Positions 17,483 through 27,809 of a stretch of 64,000 bases of DNA are shown piece by piece. The notes below the pieces were generated by a model, which made no database searches, was not told the DNA's origin, and worked only from the letters and a program-made list of their open reading frames with translations. The translations under genes were made by a program, and so were the position numbers. Source of the DNA: Candidatus Babelota bacterium (GTDB lineage Bacteria > Babelota > Babeliae > Babelales > JAUPTZ01); assembly GCA_030917815.1 (NCBI GenBank), contig JAUPTZ010000005.1:23106-87105 (forward strand), written 5' to 3'. The stretch's first letter is position 1, and each line of letters starts with the position of its first letter.

Positions 17483-20224
17483 TTACGCCGCCGAAGAACG
17501 CCCCACACTAATAAAAGACCAGGTAGCAGGATCAAACAATTTCTTGATAACCGCATTTACCTGCTCGGTAGTAACGGCTGCAACCTGTTCATCAAAGTCT
17601 CGCTCAAAATCAAGAGGAAGCCCCTGCGCAACCGCAGTAGCCGCCTCAGCAACAACTGCTTGTGGCGTAAAGATATAAGTCCCGCGAGCATGTAATCGAG
17701 ATGCTTTCAACGATTGAACGGTTGCATCATCAAGCCCATTCTCATAGATCGTTGTTACCAGTGTTCGCACTTCAGCGAGTAAGCGTTCGGTCGTCGTTGC
17801 GGTAGCGAGAATGATTATCTCGACCGCACCAGGTAGCAGCAACGTACCACGACTTACCCGTCCCTGACCGCCGTAAAATAGGCCGGTGCTTTCACGAATC
17901 TTCCATACCGATGCGGCTAAGTAATCGTTTAACACCGCACACACCGCATCATCGAGCGACAGCCCAGTATCAAGTATGCGAGCACAAAAAACCCATGATC
18001 GCTCGTTAGCCACTTCTACATGACCACTCGCCGTATCGGCAACTTTTGGTATCTCAACACTCTGCGTCTGCACAGCCGATTGCGCCGATAGCGATCCAAA
18101 GTAAGTCTCGGCTAATGCACACGCCGCCTCCCTACCCATGTTACCGGTCATAATTCCCACTACTTTTGACGGATCACGCAGCACTGAAATCATACCAGAA
18201 ATGTCATCCATCGTTGTCGCGGCAATATGCTGCTTTTCTTCTGCTTCAAGAAACTTCCATGTCCAATCATGATAAAGCGTTTTAGTTAAATACTGCGCAA
18301 GTTGGTAGGACAGATTGTTCTGCTGCTGCACTATCACTTCAAGTGCATCGGCCTTTTTGCGCTCTAAAATATCGATCGGCAATTGTGGTTTATCAAGCGC
18401 TAGTCGAAGCAACTCAAGCCCCTTTTCAAAATTATAGTCAAGTGCCGTAACGGTTAATGATGAGCTTGATGACTCAATAGAAACGCCGGAGCAATCGCAA
18501 AGATCCTCAAATTCTTTTTTTGAATACCTATCGGTACCATGGAGCAAAAGACCATTCCAATTCGATTTAGCAAATCCCTTATGCGCCGCACCAAGCATTA
18601 GCCCAACCTGCTCATTATTATGCACAACCAACGAGAATACCGCACGAGGGGACACCGGTTCTTGACGCCAATACACCGTCATGCCATTCGAAAGCACAAA
18701 CGATTCAAAACCAAGCATTGGTTTTTCTGGCAAAGCGGTAGGCATTGGCAGCACAGAAGCATCAAAGGGTAAGATGCCATCGGTTCGCAAGCGAGAAGCG
18801 ACCAATGCTTTTTCATGAGCCAACAGGCCCTGCTGTAGAGCCTGCCATGCACCCCGCTCTTCTGCCGGCAATGGCATGCGTTTTTCGGTACTCATCAAGA
18901 TAGGGCGTAAATAGGCAGCAGCTGCCTGCTGAATATCGTCTTGTGTTATGTTTTGCGCGAGCTCTTCTTCACGACAGAAATAAGTAAAGACATCGGCATG
19001 CAACATCGAAGTCATCGAAAGTCGATTCAATAACTCCGAAGGGTTTTCAGCAAAAGTAGCTAAATCACGCATACCGTCATGGTACATGCCGGTAAATTCT
19101 TCGTCTGTTAGGCCATTTGCCATGATATCGGCAAGCTCGGCAGCAAGCATAGTATCATAATCGAGACCATAGAATTCTTCTTTGGGTTCTATAGCTATAG
19201 CAAAATAGCCTATACATTCAAGCGCATACTGCTCAAAATTAACCGACAGACACCATCCATTACTATCAACCCATTTCTGAGTTAAGCGACGCTTTAAAGC
19301 ATAAGAAATTGCAGAGAGCCCTGCCGCCTCGACAGTCCCTATCTTGGCTCCAATCCATGCATACTGATATTTGCGATTCAACTGAGAATGGTAAACCTTT
19401 TTCTCGGTCGAAGAAAAACCGGCATAAAACGGCAGCGTTTCAACTTCAACAAATGGCTCAGTAGCTTTCCGATTAAATTCCCCAAAAGCTTTTTGCGCAT
19501 AGGCAAGCACATCGGCCGGATTAACATTACCACAAACAAAAAAAGTCATACGGTCAGGCGTATAAAATCGTTCATAAAATGAAACTATTTGCTCTGGCGT
19601 AAAGGCAATGATCTCTTCCTTATACCCTATGCTGCGATGATTATAGGGATGATTTTGTGGAAAAAAGATCCCATACCGAAGTAAATCTTGATCTCGTTCT
19701 CGTAATTTAAGCTCTTGTAAAATCGCACCCAACTCGGACGAAAGCGCCGAAGGATTGATTTCTAAATGCTGAAACCTATCGGCTATCACATCACCAAAAA
19801 TCTGCCAATTGGCCGCATCAGAGTCGAAAGAATAAAAGGTATGATCACTCCACGTAGCAGCATTAAAATCCCTGCCAATACGCATGCCAAAATTGGTAGT
19901 CAGCTTATCAAGGGTACCTTCAGGAAAGTTCTTGGACCCCTTAAAGAACATATGCTCTAGGATATGCGCAATACCCCATTCTGATGACTTTTCGTGACGA
20001 TTGCCGGCATCAACAAGCCCACCAACCGAAACTTTGTTGGTGTTCGGCGCATAAAAAGAAAGCACGGTCAATCCGTTATCAAGTGTATTGACCGCCACCC
20101 GATCTTTAATCGATTGCACAATCGCTTTACGCGCATCACGATCGGCCTGTGTCACCACTGCAACACAATGAGTACTCATTGCAAAGAGTGTAGCCATCAG
20201 AAAAAATTCACCCTGCTTTCTCAT
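17483..20224 (-). CDS. exported double-length M16 (pitrilysin-family) zinc peptidase, paralog 1
   Basis: Inverted zinc motif HxxEH (AHILEHMFFKGS), about 910 aa, signal peptide. The likely ATG at 20224 has GAAGGAA upstream. Confidence 0.85.
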   Translation of the reverse strand: MRKQGEFFLMATLFAMSTHCVAVVTQADRDARKAIVQSIKDRVAVNTLDNGLTVLSFYAPNTNKVSVGGLVDAGNRHEKSSEWGIAHILEHMFFKGSKNFPEGTLDKLTTNFGMRIGRDFNAATWSDHTFYSFDSDAANWQIFGDVIADRFQHLEINPSALSSELGAILQELKLRERDQDLLRYGIFFPQNHPYNHRSIGYKEEIIAFTPEQIVSFYERFYTPDRMTFFVCGNVNPADVLAYAQKAFGEFNRKATEPFVEVETLPFYAGFSSTEKKVYHSQLNRKYQYAWIGAKIGTVEAAGLSAISYALKRRLTQKWVDSNGWCLSVNFEQYALECIGYFAIAIEPKEEFYGLDYDTMLAAELADIMANGLTDEEFTGMYHDGMRDLATFAENPSELLNRLSMTSMLHADVFTYFCREEELAQNITQDDIQQAAAAYLRPILMSTEKRMPLPAEERGAWQALQQGLLAHEKALVASRLRTDGILPFDASVLPMPTALPEKPMLGFESFVLSNGMTVYWRQEPVSPRAVFSLVVHNNEQVGLMLGAAHKGFAKSNWNGLLLHGTDRYSKKEFEDLCDCSGVSIESSSSSLTVTALDYNFEKGLELLRLALDKPQLPIDILERKKADALEVIVQQQNNLSYQLAQYLTKTLYHDWTWKFLEAEEKQHIAATTMDDISGMISVLRDPSKVVGIMTGNMGREAACALAETYFGSLSAQSAVQTQSVEIPKVADTASGHVEVANERSWVFCARILDTGLSLDDAVCAVLNDYLAASVWKIRESTGLFYGGQGRVSRGTLLLPGAVEIIILATATTTERLLAEVRTLVTTIYENGLDDATVQSLKASRLHARGTYIFTPQAVVAEAATAVAQGLPLDFERDFDEQVAAVTTEQVNAVIKKLFDPATWSFISVGRSSAA

Positions 20225-20414
20225 TACATATTCCTTCTTAAAATCCACCTACATACTGTATGTACTTTAATGGCCGGCCTTGTTCGTCTTTGCGAGGAGC
20301 CTTTGTGCGACGTGGCAATCCAGAGAGGATAATGTTAAATATCTTATCACGCTGGATCACCACGGGCTGACAATGCAGCCCTCGTGATGACGTAGAAATA
20401 AACTGTTACTATGG

Positions 20415-23159
20415 CTATTGAACCACCGTGGAACCGACCGTAATAAACGACCACGTTGCCGGATCAAAATACCGCTGTACCACGTCATTCAACTGCTCAG
20501 TGGTGACCGCTGCAATCCGCTCGTCAAATTCTCGCTCATAATCAAGCGACGTCCCTTGAATAAGCGCATTAGATGCCTCTTTAATAACAGAAAGTGGTGT
20601 AAATACATACTTACTCCGCTTGTGCAGGCACTCTGCCTTAAGAGACTGTACCGCCACATCATCAAAATTGGTTGCATATACAGCGCGAAGCAGACTGATC
20701 AACTCATCCTGCAAGCGAGCCACCGATCCAGGAACCGCCCACGCAGTCATACAAACACGCCCCGGGATCGCTTGCGTACCTCGCACCACGAAGCCCCAGC
20801 CAGCATAGAATAAACCGGTACGCTCACGAAGGTTATAGACAATTTCCATGAGGTACTCACTTAAAATCTCCAGTGCTGGCGCATCGGAAGCATTCGCCGG
20901 GCAGGAAATCCGCAACGCGAGAACCTTTGCTCGTTCGTTGGCAACTTCAACATGCCCCGCCACAACGTTGGTAATTGGGGCCACGTCTACATCGCTAATC
21001 GTTAGTGTTGAACGATCGGCAAGCGATCCAAGGTATTTTTCAGCCAGCGCTTGTGCGGTGGTAGAATCAAAATTTCCGGTCATCACTCCAACCACTCTTG
21101 AGGGATCGCGCACCAGTGAAATCACATCACGAATATCATCCATCGTAATAGCATCCAAGTTTGCTTTTTCCTCATCTTCGGTGAATTTCCATGGCCATTG
21201 TTTATATAGGTTGGCTATTAAATATTGCGTGAGTTGATGATCAACATCATTCTTCCTTTGCGCCATATATTCAAGGAACTCTTGCTTTTTTCGCGCCAAG
21301 ATTTCTTCTGGGAGCACCGGCTTATCAAGTGCTAAACGAAGCAATTCGAGTCCTTTTTCAAAATTATAGTTAAATGCTGTTACGGTGAGCGATGAGGCGC
21401 TTCCAGAGGAGGTAATTGTAATCCCTGCTGCTTGGCATACATCATCAAATTCTTTTTTAGAATACGTATCGGTACCATGAAGCAACATGGTATCCCAAAC
21501 AGTTTTTGCGAACTCCTTCTTTGCCACCCCAAGAGACCGCGCAACCGCTTCATCATTATTTATTACCAGCGAAAATGCGCAGCGAGGTGACACCGGCTCT
21601 TGGCGCCAATACACGGTCATGCCATTGGAAAGCACAAACGAAGCAAATCCTAATGAAGGACGCTCCGGAAGGGCGGTCGGTTCTGGCAATGCCCCTTCTC
21701 CTAAGACTATTTCTTCATCGCTCCGCATGCGCTTCGCCAACAGCGCCTGCTCATGGGCAACAACCGCAGCCTGAAGCTCCTGCCAGGCCACTCGCTCCCC
21801 TTCAGGAATTGGCAACATTATCTCCTTGCTCATTAAGAATGGTCGAAGATAATTATACGCAGCTTCTTTAATGGCATCTTGAGTAACGTTTTGCAAATAT
21901 TCTTCTTTGATGCAAAATTGCGTAAAGACATCGGTACCGCGCAATGAAGTCAGCGCCCATTTATTAAGTAATGAAATAGGATTTTCTGCATAGTTAGCCA
22001 TCTTGCGCATACTATATTGATACATTCCGGCAAACTCATCATCACTTACACCATTTTGAATAACATCATTAATCTCAACGGCGAGCATCGCATCATAATC
22101 AAGATCATAGAACTCTTCTTTAGGGGTTATCGTAATAGAATACTGCCCTAAATAATCAAACCCACATTTCTGATATTCAACCCCCATGCACCAACCATTT
22201 TCATCAACCCATTTTTGTTCTAACCGACGATCAATCGCATATGCCACATAAGACAACGCTGCATGGTCTATAGTATTTTGTGCCGGCGTCAACCACATAT
22301 ACTGATAGCGTCTAAATTGTTGTGGATGATAAACCGTCTTAGTAGTAGCCGAAAAGCCGGCATAAAATGGTAGTGGCTCGGCAAGTGGCGTTGTTGGCGC
22401 GCTACTCACACGGTCAAAGCCGGCAAACGTAGTGCGTGCATAGTCAAACACCGAAACCGGGTCGACATTGCCGCACACCATGAAGGTAATTTTTTCTGGC
22501 GTATAATGCTTATTATAAAAAGCCATTACTTGATCGGCAGTGTAGGCAAGAATCTCTTCTTTGTACCCAATAATATTATGGCTGTATGGATTGTTGAGCG
22601 GTACAAAATCAACAATATCAAGGGTGTTTTGATCACGAGTTGCAAACTTAACCTCTTGCGATATTGCACCAAGTTCAGAGGTCAACGCAGAAGGGCGCAC
22701 ATCTAAGTTTTGGAGACCATCAGCAATCACATCGGCAAATACTTTCCAGTTAGCCGAGTCTGACCTGAAGTAGTAGAACGTATGATCAGGCGCGGTATGG
22801 GCATTAGAGTCGGCCCCTGACTGCATGCCATACAACCGTACCAAGCGATCAATCATTCCTTCAGGATAATGCTTAGTCCCCTTGTACCACATATGCTCCA
22901 GAATATGCGCAAGGCCCCACTCATGCGCTTCTTCATGGCGACAACCAACATCAACCTTTGCTGCCACAACAGCACTGTTCGTATTTGGCGTACAATAGCA
23001 AATAACGGTCATGCCATTGTCTAGTACTTGAGTGTAAACACGGCTGCGAATTGATTGCACAATCTGCTGACGAGCTTCGCGATCGGCCAGCGTCACCCGT
23101 GCATTACAAGTAGCTCCCATTAAAAGCAATAACCCTAAGCTCAGTATCTTATTCATCAT
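20415..23159 (-). CDS. exported double-length M16 zinc peptidase, paralog 2
   Basis: AHILEHMWYKGT motif and signal peptide. It shares identical blocks with paralog 1 (SFVLSNGMTVYWRQEPVSPR, YNFEKGLELLRLALDKP). Confidence 0.85.
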   Translation of the reverse strand: MMNKILSLGLLLLMGATCNARVTLADREARQQIVQSIRSRVYTQVLDNGMTVICYCTPNTNSAVVAAKVDVGCRHEEAHEWGLAHILEHMWYKGTKHYPEGMIDRLVRLYGMQSGADSNAHTAPDHTFYYFRSDSANWKVFADVIADGLQNLDVRPSALTSELGAISQEVKFATRDQNTLDIVDFVPLNNPYSHNIIGYKEEILAYTADQVMAFYNKHYTPEKITFMVCGNVDPVSVFDYARTTFAGFDRVSSAPTTPLAEPLPFYAGFSATTKTVYHPQQFRRYQYMWLTPAQNTIDHAALSYVAYAIDRRLEQKWVDENGWCMGVEYQKCGFDYLGQYSITITPKEEFYDLDYDAMLAVEINDVIQNGVSDDEFAGMYQYSMRKMANYAENPISLLNKWALTSLRGTDVFTQFCIKEEYLQNVTQDAIKEAAYNYLRPFLMSKEIMLPIPEGERVAWQELQAAVVAHEQALLAKRMRSDEEIVLGEGALPEPTALPERPSLGFASFVLSNGMTVYWRQEPVSPRCAFSLVINNDEAVARSLGVAKKEFAKTVWDTMLLHGTDTYSKKEFDDVCQAAGITITSSGSASSLTVTAFNYNFEKGLELLRLALDKPVLPEEILARKKQEFLEYMAQRKNDVDHQLTQYLIANLYKQWPWKFTEDEEKANLDAITMDDIRDVISLVRDPSRVVGVMTGNFDSTTAQALAEKYLGSLADRSTLTISDVDVAPITNVVAGHVEVANERAKVLALRISCPANASDAPALEILSEYLMEIVYNLRERTGLFYAGWGFVVRGTQAIPGRVCMTAWAVPGSVARLQDELISLLRAVYATNFDDVAVQSLKAECLHKRSKYVFTPLSVIKEASNALIQGTSLDYEREFDERIAAVTTEQLNDVVQRYFDPATWSFITVGSTVVQ

Positions 23160-23185
23160 ACAAACAACCCCTTAAGAAAACGATA

Positions 23186-25972
23186 TTAATTTGGCGAACG
23201 ACCTACTGTAATGAACGACCACGAGGCAGGATCAAAATATTTTCTGAGCGCCTGATTTACCTGATCAACCGTTACCCGGTCAACCTCTTTGTCAAAAAGC
23301 TCAGCATCATTAAGCGGGAGCCCGCTATAAAGTGCATTCATAAACATACCAGCCACTTTATCTGCAGTAATACAGTAGGTGCTACGTGCATGCGCACGCT
23401 CATCTTTAAGCGATTGAATCATTGTAGCACTAAGGCCTTCGATATACAACTTTTGAAGAATCAAAACCAATTCTTGGATAATGATATCGACATTATCAGG
23501 GGTCGCAGCAACGGTCAGCCTAATCGTACCGGGCAACAATGTACTGCCGCGTATTACACCACCATCACCAGCGTAAAAGAAGCCGCTTCTTTCACGGATA
23601 TCAAGTACTTGTTTTTGAATATAGTTTGAAAGAAGAGCCAAAATCGCTGCATCACTAGCATTTCCTGTACAGGTCTTACGTATTGCAAATATGTAGGATT
23701 GATCAATTGATAGCTCAATATGATCAACTACGGCTACCTCAGTAATATCAGGAATCGCTACTGAGGCACTGTCCATCATCGCCGCTTCGCACAATGAGCC
23801 AAAATAGTTTTCAGCAAGCGCTTGCACTTCTTGTTGATCAAAGTCTCCGCATAACACCAGCGCAACGCGTGCCGGATCTCGCAACAGCGAGAGGACCTTT
23901 TTTACATCATCAATAGTCACCGTCTGCATGTTTTCTATAGTTTGGTCTTGCCCAAACTTCCAGGGATATTTTGCATACAAAGTTTTTTGGAGATATTCAT
24001 TCAATCGATACCCGGGATCGTTTTGTGAAAAATCAATCTGCTGAATATATTCCTGCTTTTTGCGCTCAAGCAATGACATGGACAGCATTGGCTTATCGAT
24101 AGCAAGACGCATAAGGCGGAGCGCTTCTTCAAAATTATTCTTCAAGGCCGATGTTTGCACAAATTCTTCACCAACCGTCAACCCAATACCTTGCGAATGA
24201 AGCAAGTCGGCAAATTCTTTTGCTGAGTAAGAATCGGTTCCTTGAAGAAGCAAATGTGGTAACACTTGCTTGGCAAAAATTTTTCCGTCTGTACCTAACG
24301 CCAACGAAAGCTCCTCGGCATCCCGCAGCACCAAACCACACACTCGGCAAGGAGAAGCGGTATTGCGCTGCCAATAAACCTTCATACCATTTGAAAGCTC
24401 AAAAGTCTCATGATCCCCAACCGCGATCGGATCGAGCGGAAGACGAGGTGGAAGCCAAGAGGTATCATTCTGAACTCCGGTCATCGGCGCATTCGCACGC
24501 TTACGCGCTTGCAGCAACGCCATATCATGTGCCGATACCTTGATTTGCAACGCGTTCCATGTAGCATATTCCTCAACAGGCAACGGCTCTATAATGAGCT
24601 TATTCATGCGAAATGAGCGTAAATAATTAACCGCAACCGCTTGTATTTCTTCTTGCGTTACCGCCTGCGCCGCATCTTCTCGTTGGAAAAATTGCGTCAC
24701 AATGTTCTGCCCAGATAGCGGTGTAACCGCCAGCATCGCCACTAATGTGGACGGGTCCTCGGCACAACGCACCAACCCAAAGGTCTTATCGTGGTACGTA
24801 GCCGCAAATTCGGCTTCGCTTAAGCCATGTGCCGCGATATCGGATAGTTCATCAATAACCAATGCTTCATAGTCAATGGCATAGAATTCGGGACGTGGAA
24901 TGTATTGAATGGCAAACAACCCACCATGCTCAAGAAAAGAGGCCCCACAACCGACGTTAAAGCAATAACCAAGCCGATTGATCAGTTTATCCTTAAGCCG
25001 AGACTGCAGCGCCGTAGTAATATAATCAAAAGCCAATGAGGCAGAATCTCTTGATCCAGGTAGTTGCCACAGAAAGACGCCCACTCGATGTTGCTGTGTA
25101 TGGTACAGCGTTTTTGAAACGGTAGAAAATCCTGCATAAAAGGGATAACCAACTCCATCGACTTTAGCCGGCTGGCGATCAGCACGCGTAAAACCGACAA
25201 ATGCCTGTTGCGCATACGCGACTACGGCATTCGGATCAACATTGCCACACACAAAAAAGGTAGTATTCTTCGGGGTATAGTGCTTTTCATAGAAGGCCAT
25301 GACCTGCTCGGCCGAATACCCAAGCACCTGCTCTTTGTAGCCAATAAGCCGATGCGCATATGGATGATTCATGGGCAAGAGATCACTCATGGAAAGCGTA
25401 TCTATATCCTCAGACCGCTCTTTAATCTCCTGTGCAATAACACAAAGCTCAGAATTGAGTGGATCGGCTGCTACCACAAGATTTTGTGTTGCATCGGCAA
25501 TCACATCGGCAAACACGGTCCAGTTTTTATCATCGGTCTCAAAGTAATAGTAGGTGTTTTCGTAAGTAGTATACGCGTTATATGACTGACCGGCCTGCAT
25601 ACCAAAATTCTTAGCAAGTAAATCAATATCGCCTTCACGATACCGCCGAGTGCCTTTAAAAATCATATGCTCTAAGATATGGGCCAATCCCTGCTCATCA
25701 GCTGCCTCGCAAGCACCGCCAGCACGCACAAAAGCACCAACCGTCACGATATTAGTATTGGTCGCCGGGATGCACAAAATAGTCATACCGTTTTCAAGCG
25801 TGAATTGGTGAATTCTACTCTTTAATGAAGTAACTATCTCATGGCGTATTTGGCGATCGGCGATGGTCACCTGCGCACCGGCCCCCTGGTTTGCCAAAAT
25901 AGCAGCAGAAATGCTCATAAAAAAAGGCACCAAAACGACTGACAGCACTGATTTTCTTAGCATGTGGGGCAT
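23186..25972 (-). CDS. exported double-length M16 zinc peptidase, paralog 3 (most divergent)
   Basis: AHILEHMIFKGT motif and signal peptide. The C-terminal YFDPASWSFITVGRS block is shared with paralogs 1 and 2. Confidence 0.85.
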   Translation of the reverse strand: MPHMLRKSVLSVVLVPFFMSISAAILANQGAGAQVTIADRQIRHEIVTSLKSRIHQFTLENGMTILCIPATNTNIVTVGAFVRAGGACEAADEQGLAHILEHMIFKGTRRYREGDIDLLAKNFGMQAGQSYNAYTTYENTYYYFETDDKNWTVFADVIADATQNLVVAADPLNSELCVIAQEIKERSEDIDTLSMSDLLPMNHPYAHRLIGYKEQVLGYSAEQVMAFYEKHYTPKNTTFFVCGNVDPNAVVAYAQQAFVGFTRADRQPAKVDGVGYPFYAGFSTVSKTLYHTQQHRVGVFLWQLPGSRDSASLAFDYITTALQSRLKDKLINRLGYCFNVGCGASFLEHGGLFAIQYIPRPEFYAIDYEALVIDELSDIAAHGLSEAEFAATYHDKTFGLVRCAEDPSTLVAMLAVTPLSGQNIVTQFFQREDAAQAVTQEEIQAVAVNYLRSFRMNKLIIEPLPVEEYATWNALQIKVSAHDMALLQARKRANAPMTGVQNDTSWLPPRLPLDPIAVGDHETFELSNGMKVYWQRNTASPCRVCGLVLRDAEELSLALGTDGKIFAKQVLPHLLLQGTDSYSAKEFADLLHSQGIGLTVGEEFVQTSALKNNFEEALRLMRLAIDKPMLSMSLLERKKQEYIQQIDFSQNDPGYRLNEYLQKTLYAKYPWKFGQDQTIENMQTVTIDDVKKVLSLLRDPARVALVLCGDFDQQEVQALAENYFGSLCEAAMMDSASVAIPDITEVAVVDHIELSIDQSYIFAIRKTCTGNASDAAILALLSNYIQKQVLDIRERSGFFYAGDGGVIRGSTLLPGTIRLTVAATPDNVDIIIQELVLILQKLYIEGLSATMIQSLKDERAHARSTYCITADKVAGMFMNALYSGLPLNDAELFDKEVDRVTVDQVNQALRKYFDPASWSFITVGRSPN

Positions 25973-26102
25973 CCTTTTTTAGTAGAACAACGCAAGCAAC
26001 CATTAAAACAATAACATTGTGCCAAGAAAAAAACAATGCAGCTCCACGGTGATACTATCATATTGACAAGACAAAGCCATGCAAGACCTTTGACAAATAG
26101 AC

Positions 26103-27155
26103 ATGGCATTGTTTAGCCTAAAGGGGATGGGGGGAACTATGAATATGTTACGTCGTCTATTTTTACTGATCAGCCTTGTAGCCTACAGCACCAGTGCGCC
26201 GGTCAACGCTATGGAATCGGAGCCGGTTAACGCGAGCGAGTCGGAACTGGATAGTATCGCCAAGAAGATAAAAAATACTCAGACGCAGGACAAGCGGCGG
26301 CGCATTAAGCGCGCATTGCTCGCAGCGGCCGCTGCGGCCGCTGCAGGTGCCATCTGGTGGCGCTATACAGGAAAAAAAGCCAGAAATACTACCAATCTCG
26401 TCAAGCCAAAATCGGCATCGACCAGACAAGTAACAGCGTCAACGGCAGCCACTGTACGAACACGACCTTTACCACAAACACGACCACCGCAAGCACCGTT
26501 ACCGCAACCAGACAGCATTGCACAAAAGTCTGAGGCAACATTTGAACATTATTTTTCCGACTATCTACAATCAAAGAAGAGCTTCCCTTATCAAAAAATC
26601 AAGGGACACCGACCGGTAAGATCACTTGAATATATTATTGGCCGCCTGTCGGAGAATGGGAAACTGTCCGGACACATGAGTTTTACCGAGGCAGAAGAAG
26701 CGCATGACTGGATTCAATGGGCCTTCCCAACACAAACAGAAAGCGCCTTTAATCGCGGAGCTATCCTTTCAAATAAAGAGTTTCAAACAAAAATGAAGGA
26801 AACGCCTGAATTACGCAACACTCTTTTATTGTGCTTCCGGTACTATCTCAACTTTATGGGACTTGATCTTCCTCCGACCTGTGACTTAAATACCAAGCAA
26901 GATGGCATTTCGTTCGTGAAAACCGAAAGATTTGAAGAGGGAATGCAAAATTTCTTAGAAAATGGTCACAATTGGATGAGAGTGTCCAGAATTCTGGAAT
27001 CACTTCGCATTCATGGGCTTGAAGAATATGGCCAGGCATTTAGTAGCTTTTTGACCACCCCAGCAGGAATTGAAAAAATGAAGCCTGGTTTTATTAAGCA
27101 AACGCAGACCAGCCAGGATTTTTGGAAAAAAAGAAGCCCGGCGGTACGCAGATGA
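26103..27155 (+). CDS. secreted/membrane protein with a C-terminal OGFr-like (opioid growth factor receptor N-terminal conserved region) domain
   Basis: AHDWIQWAFPTQTES...LLLCFRYYLNFMGLDL...GHNWMRVSRILESLRIHGLEEYGQAF parallels human OGFR as recalled (NHSYIQWLFPLREPG...AYELMLGFYGIRL...HNNLRITRILKSLGELGLEHFQAPL). The N-terminus has a signal peptide plus a poly-Ala helix. An alternative start lies at 26139. Confidence 0.7.
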   Translation: MALFSLKGMGGTMNMLRRLFLLISLVAYSTSAPVNAMESEPVNASESELDSIAKKIKNTQTQDKRRRIKRALLAAAAAAAAGAIWWRYTGKKARNTTNLVKPKSASTRQVTASTAATVRTRPLPQTRPPQAPLPQPDSIAQKSEATFEHYFSDYLQSKKSFPYQKIKGHRPVRSLEYIIGRLSENGKLSGHMSFTEAEEAHDWIQWAFPTQTESAFNRGAILSNKEFQTKMKETPELRNTLLLCFRYYLNFMGLDLPPTCDLNTKQDGISFVKTERFEEGMQNFLENGHNWMRVSRILESLRIHGLEEYGQAFSSFLTTPAGIEKMKPGFIKQTQTSQDFWKKRSPAVRR

Positions 27156-27263
27156 TTACCCTAACCCAAGGGCGCCATACTCACAAAATAGTTGATTTTT
27201 AAAAGATCACTTTGCCAACCTACTTGGAAAGATTTCAATTACACGTATAAAGGAGTCGGCCCT

Positions 27264-27674
27264 ATGTTTTGTTTTTCATTTCTACCTATTAGCCTTATTG
27301 CTCTTATTGCCGGGATAGCAGCTCACATGATCATTGGCATGCTTTGGTACTCACCACTCTTATTCGGCAACCTTTGGATGTCGCTAAACAAAATAAAGGC
27401 TGGGTCATACAAAATGCACGCTGGCCATATCGCAGGATCGGTAATCACCGGAGCTACAACAACAATCGTCTTGGGACATATTCTTAAAGGTCTCAGCGTC
27501 ACTACATGCTTGGCCGCGCTTGAGCACAGTCTTCTGCTCTGGCTTGGATTCATTGCTACCGAGCAATTCGGCTCAGTATTATGGGAAAAGAAGCCACTTG
27601 AACTCTACTTTATTAAAGTAGCACACGTAGCGGTTACTCTCGCAGCTGTTGGCTGCCTCGTTACTGTCTTATAA
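27264..27674 (+). CDS. DUF1761-like small membrane protein
   Basis: IAGIAAHMIIGMLWYSPLLFGNLWM matches my recollection of the DUF1761 N-terminal motif. The ATG at 27264 has AAGGAG upstream. Confidence 0.6.
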   Translation: MFCFSFLPISLIALIAGIAAHMIIGMLWYSPLLFGNLWMSLNKIKAGSYKMHAGHIAGSVITGATTTIVLGHILKGLSVTTCLAALEHSLLLWLGFIATEQFGSVLWEKKPLELYFIKVAHVAVTLAAVGCLVTVL

Positions 27675-27775
27675 GGACGAACCCTTTTCAAACGGAACCG
27701 CCTGCCATCGAGATAGGGTAGCGGGCAACGACCGTACGAAGAAATAAAGAACCCCACTAAGAAGATCATTTTGAC

Positions 27776-27809
27776 AAGGCCGGCGGTATACCCCGGCCTT
27801 TTCTCGTTC
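27776..27809 (+). terminator. rho-independent terminator ending the 26.1-27.7 kb plus-strand unit
   Basis: AAGGCCGG(C)GG-TATA-CCCCGGCCTT followed by TTTCTCGTT. The stem is GC-rich, 10 bp, with one bulge. Confidence 0.7.
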
